DNA from: Bacteriovoracia bacterium | GTDB lineage: Bacteria; Bdellovibrionota; UBA1018; JBFWNL01 | DNA: 64,000 nucleotides | Direction of reading: 5' to 3' | Assembly (NCBI GenBank): GCA_050251055.1 | Contig: JBFWNL010000002.1 | Location: forward strand, 416,001-480,000 | Part shown: positions 19,407 through 27,782 of the stretch, piece by piece | Numbering within the stretch: the first letter of the stretch is position 1 | How the letters are laid out: each line of letters begins with the position of its first letter | Notes under the pieces: model-generated | Seen by the model: only the letters and a program-made list of their open reading frames with translations | The model's database searches: none | Told to the model about the DNA's origin: nothing | Program-made: the position numbers and the translations under genes

Positions 19407-20348
19407 CTAACGCGGAAGCACGCGGGGATGAAACCGAAGCCACCCCTGCCTTCCCCATAGAAGCGGAACTAAGGTGCTGAGGGTCGTCAACGGATTTTCG
19501 AGATGAAGGTTATGCCCGACGCCCTGCAATTGAAACACGCGAGATTTCTTGGGTCCCAAGCCCTTGGCCCAGTATTCGGCCCAATGAAATGGATTGAGCG
19601 TATCCCGATCACCCCAAACAATGGTCGCGCGGGGGCGGAATCCTTTCAGCTTCTTCTCGACGAAGTGATCTTCCCGGATGGACGCGACGAAGCGGCGGAT
19701 TTCCTTGCGCGCGAAAAAATCCTGCAGGGCGTTCGGGAACAGGCGAAACACCAGCGGCTCACGCACAAAAACGTGTTTCTTGAACTGCTCGGCATCCCCC
19801 TTGAGGGCTCGATCGAACTTCGCCTTCCACAAAAGCTTCTCTTGGCGACTCCCCCCCACGCCCGACGGCGCCAACAACACGACCTCGCTAGGGAGGTGCT
19901 TGGCCCGCGGCCGGACAGAGTAGGCCGAAGCAATCCAGCCTCCGAGCGAATGGCCACAGATCACGCGTGGCCGCAGACGCTCGAGGCAATCGAACGCGGT
20001 GGCAAGTAGATCATCCATCGAATCGAACGGCTTTTCGTCGAAGAGCGCGCCCTCGAAACCGGGCATTTCGAGAAAAACCACCTCGTCGTAAGTCCCATGC
20101 AAGGAGGGCAGCGCGGGCGCCAGCGTGAGCATCCAGGTCAACGCCGAGTCCCCTAAGCCGGGAATCAGCACCAAACGCCGGGGTGAGCGAGGCAGCGCCG
20201 AACCCCTCCGGCGCCACCGCCACATCCCGATTTGATGAACGTTCCGCCGATGAATTTCGAAACGAAATCCGATGGCGGAAAGCACGGATTTGGCGCCGCC
20301 GTAGGCAGCACGACGAGCGGCAATACTGAGCTTTCCGGAAGCCGGCAT
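19407..20348 (-). CDS. alpha/beta hydrolase
   Basis: LIPGLGDS, GHSLGG, WGDRD, GHNLHLE. Confidence 0.88.
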   Translation of the reverse strand: MPASGKLSIAARRAAYGGAKSVLSAIGFRFEIHRRNVHQIGMWRWRRRGSALPRSPRRLVLIPGLGDSALTWMLTLAPALPSLHGTYDEVVFLEMPGFEGALFDEKPFDSMDDLLATAFDCLERLRPRVICGHSLGGWIASAYSVRPRAKHLPSEVVLLAPSGVGGSRQEKLLWKAKFDRALKGDAEQFKKHVFVREPLVFRLFPNALQDFFARKEIRRFVASIREDHFVEKKLKGFRPRATIVWGDRDTLNPFHWAEYWAKGLGPKKSRVFQLQGVGHNLHLENPLTTLSTLVPLLWGRQGWLRFHPRVLPR

Positions 20349-20511
20349 GGGGCGAGCCTATGCAAGCAGCCGTACAAAGTCAAAAGACCAGAGCTTGTCA
20401 GGTTGTGTCATGCTCGACACCGGGGGATTGACTCGCCGCATCTATAGAGCTAAAATAAGTTAAGCAGATCCATTGCGCCTTGGCGCTAGCGGTACGTAAG
20501 CAGGAGAAGAG

Positions 20512-22209
20512 ATGCTGATTGAACGTAGATTAACCCAATTCACCCGTTTTATTTTCTTGGCCGCGGCCCTGCCGTCGCTGTTTGCCTGCCAGTTCTCGCT
20601 ATTCAACGGACAAAAGCAAGACGAGGGCGATAGCGACGCCGTCGAACTCGCGATCACCTCCCCGGCCGCCAATAGCTATATCAACTCTGCTAACAACTCC
20701 TCCACCTTCGCGGTCTCGGGAACGTGCACCATGAAGGGCGTGGAAGTCAAAGTTCAAGTCGATGGCGCGGACGCGGCTTCCCAGGTCGGTGGCACCTGCG
20801 ACGGCGAAGAATTTTCCGCCACTATCAGCACCACGGGCCTCAGCGCCGGCGCGCATACGCTTTCGGCCGTGCTCAGCCAGAACGGCAGCGATAACACTTC
20901 GGACGACGTGGCCGTGACCAAGGACATCGTCGCACCCACCGTTGCCATCACCACTCCGGCCGCGGCCGCCTACATCAATGCCGCCGCCAATACCACCACT
21001 TACACCGTTTCCGGCACTTGCAGTGAAAATGGAAAGACCGTCGCGATCCTCGTCGACGGGGTTTCGGCCACCGGCCAAGTCGGTGGTGCGTGCAACGGCA
21101 CCAACTTCAGCTCCACCATCAACGTCACCGGCTTGGCCCAAAATGGCCACACGTTGTCAGCGACCCTGGCGGACAACGCCGGTAACGCGGGCACCGCCGC
21201 GAACGTCGCCGTGACCAAGGACAGCGTCGCGCCAACGGTGGCGGTCACGAGTCCCGCCGGCGGCGCCAGCATCGACTTCGCTCAAAACTCGACGACTTAT
21301 GCGGTTTCCGGTACTTGTAATGAAAACGGCCGCACCGTCACGGTTAAGATCGACGGGGCCGCCGTCACCACTACGGGCGGCGTCTGCAACGGTACGAATT
21401 TCTCCGCCACCGTCGACACTACCGCCCTTTCGCAAGCAAGCCATACTTTCAGCGCCAGCCTTAGTGACTTGGCGGGAAATTCGACCAGTGCCGCCAACAT
21501 TTCGGTGACCAAGGCGCTTACGAACGCCGGTGCTCCGGCGTTCGCGTCCTGGATGGGCATACTGCGCTCTGATAATAACTACGTATGCATGGCCGTACTC
21601 ATCGCCGAATCGTACGCGATCACGACTGGTCAGTGCGCGGATGACGCCACTAACAGCGGCGGCAGCCTGGATATTCTATTCGGGAGCGAAGACGAGTTCT
21701 CCCCGAACGCGGTCGCGACTGGTGTCCAATCGATCACCTACCACCCGAACTATAACTCTGTCACCCTGGACCACGACCTCGCGATCCTTGTGTTGAAAAT
21801 CGCGGTTACGCCAACAGGGTTTGTCGAAAAAATTGTCATTCCCACCAACGAATGGTCATTCCCGGCTCTCACCATGGCCTACCAATTCGGTTACATGTCG
21901 CCGGGCTACGTACCAAACACCGCCTGGCTAGCGGTAGAAGGCCTCGTGATGGGCGCGGAAGAAACGGTAGCCGCCCACCAAGGATATGCCACGATTACCT
22001 CGAACATGCTGGGAGCCCAGTCGCAAGGCGGAGCCGGTAAGTGCGTGATCGATCGCGGCAGCTCGCTCGTCGCCTTGGATAGCGGTGGTGGTCCCGTCCT
22101 GGCGGGCATCATGAGCTTCGCCGGCCCGGACTGTGAGACTTACCCGAACATTTACACCCGCGTGAGCCTCTATCGCGACTGGATCGAGAACGAAATCGGC
22201 GGTTTCTAA
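20512..22209 (+). CDS. lipoprotein with three Ig-like repeats and a degenerate trypsin-like (S1) domain
   Basis: lipobox LFAC; three ~100-aa repeats (AITSPA..VSGTC..GGxCxG..F..H); HPNY, DHDLAIL, IYTRVS..DWI. Confidence 0.8.
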   Translation: MLIERRLTQFTRFIFLAAALPSLFACQFSLFNGQKQDEGDSDAVELAITSPAANSYINSANNSSTFAVSGTCTMKGVEVKVQVDGADAASQVGGTCDGEEFSATISTTGLSAGAHTLSAVLSQNGSDNTSDDVAVTKDIVAPTVAITTPAAAAYINAAANTTTYTVSGTCSENGKTVAILVDGVSATGQVGGACNGTNFSSTINVTGLAQNGHTLSATLADNAGNAGTAANVAVTKDSVAPTVAVTSPAGGASIDFAQNSTTYAVSGTCNENGRTVTVKIDGAAVTTTGGVCNGTNFSATVDTTALSQASHTFSASLSDLAGNSTSAANISVTKALTNAGAPAFASWMGILRSDNNYVCMAVLIAESYAITTGQCADDATNSGGSLDILFGSEDEFSPNAVATGVQSITYHPNYNSVTLDHDLAILVLKIAVTPTGFVEKIVIPTNEWSFPALTMAYQFGYMSPGYVPNTAWLAVEGLVMGAEETVAAHQGYATITSNMLGAQSQGGAGKCVIDRGSSLVALDSGGGPVLAGIMSFAGPDCETYPNIYTRVSLYRDWIENEIGGF

Positions 22210-22916
22210 ATCGAAAAGACTTCGCCGATCGCGAGATCACGTGGGAGTTGCCCACGCCGGAACAACCTAGCGCCTCCCATCCCTTTCAGCCCAAGACCCC
22301 TATCACCGACTTCGAGGATGGTCCCCTCCCACAGGCCCAAAACCGGAGTTTCATTCATCTCGTGGAACTCACGGAGGCGGTCGTCACGCGTCTCGCCCGC
22401 GTAGGCCGTGAAACCCTCGCCTTCCCGAAAGTGAATCACCCCGGGAAAGTAGTGGGGATTGATTTGAAACGAAACCAATCCAAGCGCGTCGAAGCTAGGC
22501 GGCATCACGATCGGCATGTCATTGGTGGTCTTGATCGTGGGGGTGGAAACGTTCGTGCCGGCGCTGACCCCGATGTAAGGTAAGCCCGCCGCCACCCGGC
22601 GGCGAATCGGCTCTAGCAGGTCGTGCCGATACAAATCGTGGAGTAGCCGGAACGTGTTCCCGCCTCCGATATAAATGGCCTGGGCATTCTCGATGGCCGC
22701 GCGAGGATCGGGCTTCGTGTGGATGCCGACCAGGCGGCGCCCGCCGTGAAATCCGCGCTCGATGAGCTTCGCGACGTATCCGTCGTGGTCCGCCAACGCG
22801 TAGGGTACGAACAAGACCTCTTCCACCGGCCCCAGAAACGCGTCCAAAGCGCGCCGCCAATGCTCCATGCGTTCGGGAGTACTGAAACCGCCGCTGCCTA
22901 AAAGAAGTCGTTTCAT
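22206..22916 (-). CDS. pepE: dipeptidase E (peptidase S51)
   Basis: FVPYA, GGGNTF, YIGVSAG, TTNDMP, FQINPHY, GETR. Confidence 0.93.
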   Translation of the reverse strand: MKRLLLGSGGFSTPERMEHWRRALDAFLGPVEEVLFVPYALADHDGYVAKLIERGFHGGRRLVGIHTKPDPRAAIENAQAIYIGGGNTFRLLHDLYRHDLLEPIRRRVAAGLPYIGVSAGTNVSTPTIKTTNDMPIVMPPSFDALGLVSFQINPHYFPGVIHFREGEGFTAYAGETRDDRLREFHEMNETPVLGLWEGTILEVGDRGLGLKGMGGARLFRRGQLPRDLAIGEVFSI

Positions 22917-22927
22917 CGAAATCACCC

Positions 22928-25006
22928 TTATCGAATCTGGCGCAAAAGCTCCGCGCCGTATTTTTTGACGAGCTTCGGGCCCATTCCGGGAATCTGTAAA
23001 AGCGCATCTTCGTCGGTCGGCATGCCTTCGCAGATCGCGTAGATCACCCGATCGGTGAGGATGCGAAACGCGGGCACACCCTGGGCCCGGGCTTTTTCCA
23101 ATCTCCAGGCGCGTAGAGCCTCGAACTGCTTCGGCAGCACGGAAGGCCGCTCGGACGCGGAATCCATGGCGGCCGTATCCGACCGGGGGACGGCTGCGTG
23201 GCGGGACTTACGCGAGCGCCCGGCCTTGGCGAACTTGGCCTTGGCCAGTTTCGCCGCGGGCGCCGCCATCATGGAAGGGCCATCGATCGTGATCTCCCCC
23301 AGCCGGTCACCGGAAATTCGTCGACCCTCGCCCGTCAGAAAAACTTTGCGGAAGGGTATGGTCTTTCCATTCTTTTCAAACTCCGCCGACTCGATAGACA
23401 CTAGGCGTGACTGCGCCAGCGCGGCCACCACGCGCTCGAAACCCGAACGATTCAAACGCCGATCCACCTTCGATGCTTCGTCGAACAAGCGCCCCATCGC
23501 CTGGCCGTCATAGCCGCCCAGGGAACCGAGCACGAGCGCCGCGATCGAGCGCTCCAGCTCATCGAACGGACGCGCATTCGAAACGGGCGCGCACCGATCG
23601 CAAATTCCACACACGCGTTCACCGTCGGCCTCGTCGCCAAAATACCGGATGAGCTTGAGCATCCGGCAGTCCGGCGCTTCGGTATACGCCTGCATGTCGT
23701 CGAGCTGCTTGAGCTTGTGATCGCGCTGGGCTTCGTAGGGGAGGCGCCACAAATCGGGCTCCGTCGGTTTCCCCAAACCTACGTTTTCCTCGGGATCGAT
23801 GGCAAGCCCGCCATGGATCCAAAGCTTCTCGATCGCCTTTTCGAAAACCTCGGCCTCCACGCGGTGGCAGCGTTCGGCAAGCTCCGCCTTCGGGAGGGTT
23901 CCCTCGCGCGGGACGTAACGGACGATATCGGCCAATATCGCGGGCTCCGGATGATCGCGATCGAGAAAAAACTCGTGGGTCTTGCGATCGGAAAACGCAT
24001 GCAAAAGCACCGCGCGCGAAGGATCGCCGTCACGACCGGCGCGACCGATCTCTTGGTAATAACTCTCGACGCTGCCGGGAAGCGCGGCATGCACGACCGT
24101 GCGCACATTCGCCTTATCGATGCCCATGCCAAACGCCACCGTCGCCACGATCACCTCGGTACGTCCCGCGAGGAACGCGGACTGCGCCTTTTCGCGCGCT
24201 TCGGGCTTCATGCCGGCATGGTACGGTGAGCACCTCCAGCGGCCTTTCAAATCCTTGGCAAGCTCCTCGGCCTTCTTCCGCGTCGGCGCGTAGACAATCG
24301 CCGGCAGGCTGTTCGGCTCCGAAAGCAACTCCGTGATCGTATCCGCGCGGCGCGAAGGCAACGACTCAATTAGGCGGATCGCGAGATTCTCGCGACGAAA
24401 GCCGTGAATGAAGCGCTTCGGTTCGCGCAGCCTCAACTGGGCGCAAATATCTTCCTGCACGCGCGCGGTGGCCGTCGCCGTCAGCGCGACCGTCGGGACG
24501 CCGGGCAGTCCTTGCAGCCGCTCCCCGACCAGGCGGTAATCGGGCCGAAAATCATGGCCCCATTGGCTGATGCAGTGGGCTTCATCGACCGCGATCAACG
24601 ACGGCGGATGCTGGCGCAGCATCTCTGCGAAACCGGGCACGGCCAGCCGCTCCGGAGCGATGAACAGAAATTCGAGTTCATTTCGGAGATAGGCCCGAAA
24701 TGTTTCGCGTGACTCTTCGCGTTGGCGCGCCGAGTGAATCCGACCGGCCTTTATGCCCATCGACTGTAAGCGCAAGACCTGATCTTCAATTAAGGCGACG
24801 AGCGGACTGATCACCAGAGTGGTGCCGCCCCGAGCCAAACCCGGCACCTGATAGCAAAGGCTCTTTCCCGCACCCGTGGGCATGACCACCAATGCATCGC
24901 ATCCCTCCGCGACGGCCTGGCAAATCGCCTCTTGCCGAGGGCGAAACTGCTCAAAACCAAAGCGCGATCGCAGGATGTCCCAAATCATTGACCTCAGAAC
25001 TACCAT
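22928..25006 (-). CDS. recQ: RecQ family DNA helicase with HRDC domain
   Basis: [46 protein letters not shown], Zn-binding Cys, C-terminal HRDC. Confidence 0.95.
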   Translation of the reverse strand: MVVLRSMIWDILRSRFGFEQFRPRQEAICQAVAEGCDALVVMPTGAGKSLCYQVPGLARGGTTLVISPLVALIEDQVLRLQSMGIKAGRIHSARQREESRETFRAYLRNELEFLFIAPERLAVPGFAEMLRQHPPSLIAVDEAHCISQWGHDFRPDYRLVGERLQGLPGVPTVALTATATARVQEDICAQLRLREPKRFIHGFRRENLAIRLIESLPSRRADTITELLSEPNSLPAIVYAPTRKKAEELAKDLKGRWRCSPYHAGMKPEAREKAQSAFLAGRTEVIVATVAFGMGIDKANVRTVVHAALPGSVESYYQEIGRAGRDGDPSRAVLLHAFSDRKTHEFFLDRDHPEPAILADIVRYVPREGTLPKAELAERCHRVEAEVFEKAIEKLWIHGGLAIDPEENVGLGKPTEPDLWRLPYEAQRDHKLKQLDDMQAYTEAPDCRMLKLIRYFGDEADGERVCGICDRCAPVSNARPFDELERSIAALVLGSLGGYDGQAMGRLFDEASKVDRRLNRSGFERVVAALAQSRLVSIESAEFEKNGKTIPFRKVFLTGEGRRISGDRLGEITIDGPSMMAAPAAKLAKAKFAKAGRSRKSRHAAVPRSDTAAMDSASERPSVLPKQFEALRAWRLEKARAQGVPAFRILTDRVIYAICEGMPTDEDALLQIPGMGPKLVKKYGAELLRQIR

Positions 25007-25055
25007 TTCCTAAATGCATTCGCCATACCCGTCGTAGCTCGGCTAAAATACGGAT

Positions 25056-26243
25056 ATGCGCGCTTTCGTAGCTGCCATCTGCCTCGGCACCGCGGCGTTT
25101 GTAGGGAGTGGCTCCACGTATGCCGAAGTTCCACCGGCGGTCATGAAGGACTGCTTGGAAGGTAAGTTGCCGAGCTGCCTTGGCATCCTGAAAAAACGCT
25201 GGGTCGAGCTCCAGCAATGGCAATTCGAGCAGGTGGCCAGTAAAGCTTGCGACCTAGGGCACACGAGCTCATGCGGCGAGCTGTTAAAAAACATGGAAGT
25301 TCGTTACCGACGCTTCTGGAAAGCGAAGCAGGGAAACCCCGTCGAACGACCAGCGATCGACTTGGTAAAGTACCTGCGCGTGCTCAATCAATTCCAAGGC
25401 TACTCCGAAATTCCTTCCGAAGCCCATCCGCCGGAATCGGTGCGTGACCTGGTGGACCGCGCCTACGCCCAACTCGACCCGGCCGTCCATCTCTTGCTCG
25501 GCGACGCGCTCGTGGGAATTTACTTGATGGAGAACCTGGGCAGCTCGGCCATCGCGGTGGACGTGTGGGATGACCGCCAGAAAGTAGTGGGCGGCGTGAT
25601 CGCGTTGGACATCGGCTGGCTAAACCGCGCGGCGAACGAGTGGGCGACCACGAAAGAAAACACAGCTTTCCAAAAGGAAAAAAGCTACCAACTGAAAGTG
25701 AAGCTGGCCGAAGCCGGAAAGAACACGCGCGAGGCGGCCCTTCAGTATATCTTGTTGCATGAGATCGGCCATATCATCGAACAAACGCGGCGCTTAAATC
25801 CGCCCGGCGACCGTGCGCCCCGCTGGGTGAAAACGCATCGGTATCCTTACTTCAAGCTCAGTTGGATGGGCGGGCACGAAAAATACGTGAGCCGTTTCGA
25901 CCGAAACTTTCCGGAACGCGCGCGTCTGAGCTTCTACTCGCCCAAAGCGAACCCACCCGCGGCCAAACCCACGCTCGCCGAGGCAACGGCAATCTACCGC
26001 AAGCTCGAGCAGACGAGCTTCCCCACGCTCTACGCCGCTACCCATCCCCAGGATGATTTCGCGGAGGCGTTTGCCAACTACGTGCACGTCGTGTTGATGA
26101 AGCGACCTTACCAAGTCACGCTGACCAAGGACGGTAAAATCACGCGCGAGCTCAAGGACTGCTGGAATGCACGCCGATGCCGGGAGAAGCGGAAGTTCCT
26201 CGAAAAACTGTTCCAGGTCTTACAAGCACCCACCAAAAAATAA
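25056..26243 (+). CDS. secreted zincin-like metallopeptidase
   Basis: signal peptide; LLHEIGH; TLYA...DDFAEAF; N-terminal C-x2-G-x3-SC helical repeats. Confidence 0.65.
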   Translation: MRAFVAAICLGTAAFVGSGSTYAEVPPAVMKDCLEGKLPSCLGILKKRWVELQQWQFEQVASKACDLGHTSSCGELLKNMEVRYRRFWKAKQGNPVERPAIDLVKYLRVLNQFQGYSEIPSEAHPPESVRDLVDRAYAQLDPAVHLLLGDALVGIYLMENLGSSAIAVDVWDDRQKVVGGVIALDIGWLNRAANEWATTKENTAFQKEKSYQLKVKLAEAGKNTREAALQYILLHEIGHIIEQTRRLNPPGDRAPRWVKTHRYPYFKLSWMGGHEKYVSRFDRNFPERARLSFYSPKANPPAAKPTLAEATAIYRKLEQTSFPTLYAATHPQDDFAEAFANYVHVVLMKRPYQVTLTKDGKITRELKDCWNARRCREKRKFLEKLFQVLQAPTKK

Positions 26244-26470
26244 TGGGGAAAACGGCGGGAAAACGCTTCTATTTACGCATTGCTTCCAGTTCTGGAGTTT
26301 TTCTCGCACCTAGATGAGTATGGACTCATTGAGAGTGCAGCGCTCCCACGAATGGGGCGGAGCGCTCCGAGTGGTCACGGGCATCCCCGTCAGCTCCTTA
26401 GACTCAGTACCCAAATACGGACCCGTGGCCACTCGCCATTTCTTTCCCGAGAAATGGCGCAAAAGATGGG

Positions 26471-27631
26471 GTGAATAGTTACAAGAAAGCTGGAAGAATA
26501 GGCCAAGTGAATCCGCGTTCCCCATCTCGCACTCGTTGGGTTAGCCTGACTCTGATCGTGACCGTAGGCGTTCTGGTCACCGCCCTGGGATGTGGTGCGC
26601 AGTTCTTGCGTTCGGTTCGGGCGCATTCGTTGGGATTCGTCACCTTGATCAATGCAGTGGGATCGTTTCGAATCGACGGAACGACGGGTTTGATTTCGGA
26701 ATATTCAGAAACCGCCACCACCGGCAGCTTCCACGACCTAGCCATCCGCTCGGACGGATCCAAGTTCTTTGGCAGCGGACCCTCCTCCTCCGCCCGTGCC
26801 TACCAGATCACCCCGCGCCCCGTGTCCCTGAGCGCACTGACTTCACCGGCCGTGGCCTTCATGCTAAGCGCCCTACGCTGGACCCGCTCCGACCGGTTTC
26901 TGATCGCCGGTACCTCCGACGGAAAAGTTGAAACTTACGGAACTTCGGCCACCAGCGAGCTTGCCCTCATTCAAACGCAAAGCGCTGGAGGATCCGGTAG
27001 CCTCGTACTAAAGATCGCGACTCACCCGGAAGGAAGAGTAGTCGCCGTGGTTAGCTCGAGCTCTCCCCGCCTGACGACCTACCTGCTGAGCGACGAAGGG
27101 CTGCTCACGCCCGCATTCCAATATGCCAACGTCGGCGGATCCCAAGCTATTGAGCTGCATCCCTCGGGAAGTTTTCTCTACACCGGCCTCGTCTTATCGA
27201 GCTACCGCGTGGACGGGCAAAGCGGAGAGGTGGTGAAAATCCAGACCGTCTCCCCGGCGTTCGTCACGAGCTACTCCGCGCTTACACCCGAAGGAAGCTG
27301 GCTGTTCGTGGCGAACTATTCGGGCTCCACCCACTTCAGCACGATCAAAAGTTTCTCCGTGGACGCCAACAGCGGGCTCCTCACGGAATCCGCCAGCTTC
27401 TCCTTGGAGGAATACGAGCAAATTCTATCCTTGGCTCCGCATCCGGACGGTGGATTCTTGTACGGGCTCACCGATCAGAAGAAAATCCATGTATTCGCGA
27501 TCAACGCCACGGACGGGAGTCTCCGACAGGTCGGCGTACAGGCGACCACGGGGAACGTATCAAACTTCGACGCGCGCTCGCGCCTTTTCACGATCCGCTT
27601 CCAGGAAAGCATCACCTCGCTCCAATACTGA
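26471..27631 (+). CDS. lactonase-family beta-propeller lipoprotein
   Basis: lipobox TALGC; repeated HP.G.FLY and ID..DG.L blades; start uncertain. Confidence 0.8.
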   Translation: MNSYKKAGRIGQVNPRSPSRTRWVSLTLIVTVGVLVTALGCGAQFLRSVRAHSLGFVTLINAVGSFRIDGTTGLISEYSETATTGSFHDLAIRSDGSKFFGSGPSSSARAYQITPRPVSLSALTSPAVAFMLSALRWTRSDRFLIAGTSDGKVETYGTSATSELALIQTQSAGGSGSLVLKIATHPEGRVVAVVSSSSPRLTTYLLSDEGLLTPAFQYANVGGSQAIELHPSGSFLYTGLVLSSYRVDGQSGEVVKIQTVSPAFVTSYSALTPEGSWLFVANYSGSTHFSTIKSFSVDANSGLLTESASFSLEEYEQILSLAPHPDGGFLYGLTDQKKIHVFAINATDGSLRQVGVQATTGNVSNFDARSRLFTIRFQESITSLQY

Positions 27632-27673
27632 AAGTCCGGAATGCGTCTTTTTTGACCCCCCACTAGGCAATTC

Positions 27674-27691
27674 AGTAAACACACAGAAAAC
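27674..27691 (+). promoter_or_regulatory. candidate operator 1 (direct repeat, 11-bp period)
   Basis: AGTAAAC-ACAC-AGAAAAC; related sites at 30153 and 31691. Confidence 0.5.
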
Positions 27692-27782
27692 ACTACTTCG
27701 CAAAAAATCCACCAAAACATCGGCATTTTCTGCGGTTTTACTCATGATTGAAACAGGGGAACAAATCGTAAGGGGGCTCAGG

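Noticed and set aside
20650-21520. Three ~295-bp diverged DNA repeats as possible DGR or recombination cassettes
   Set aside because: Explained by in-frame Ig-like domain repeats; no reverse transcriptase or recombinase nearby.
27450-27782. N-terminal extension of the 888-aa ORF
   Set aside because: It overlaps the upstream gene and intergenic motifs; the prepilin motif supports ATG 27783.
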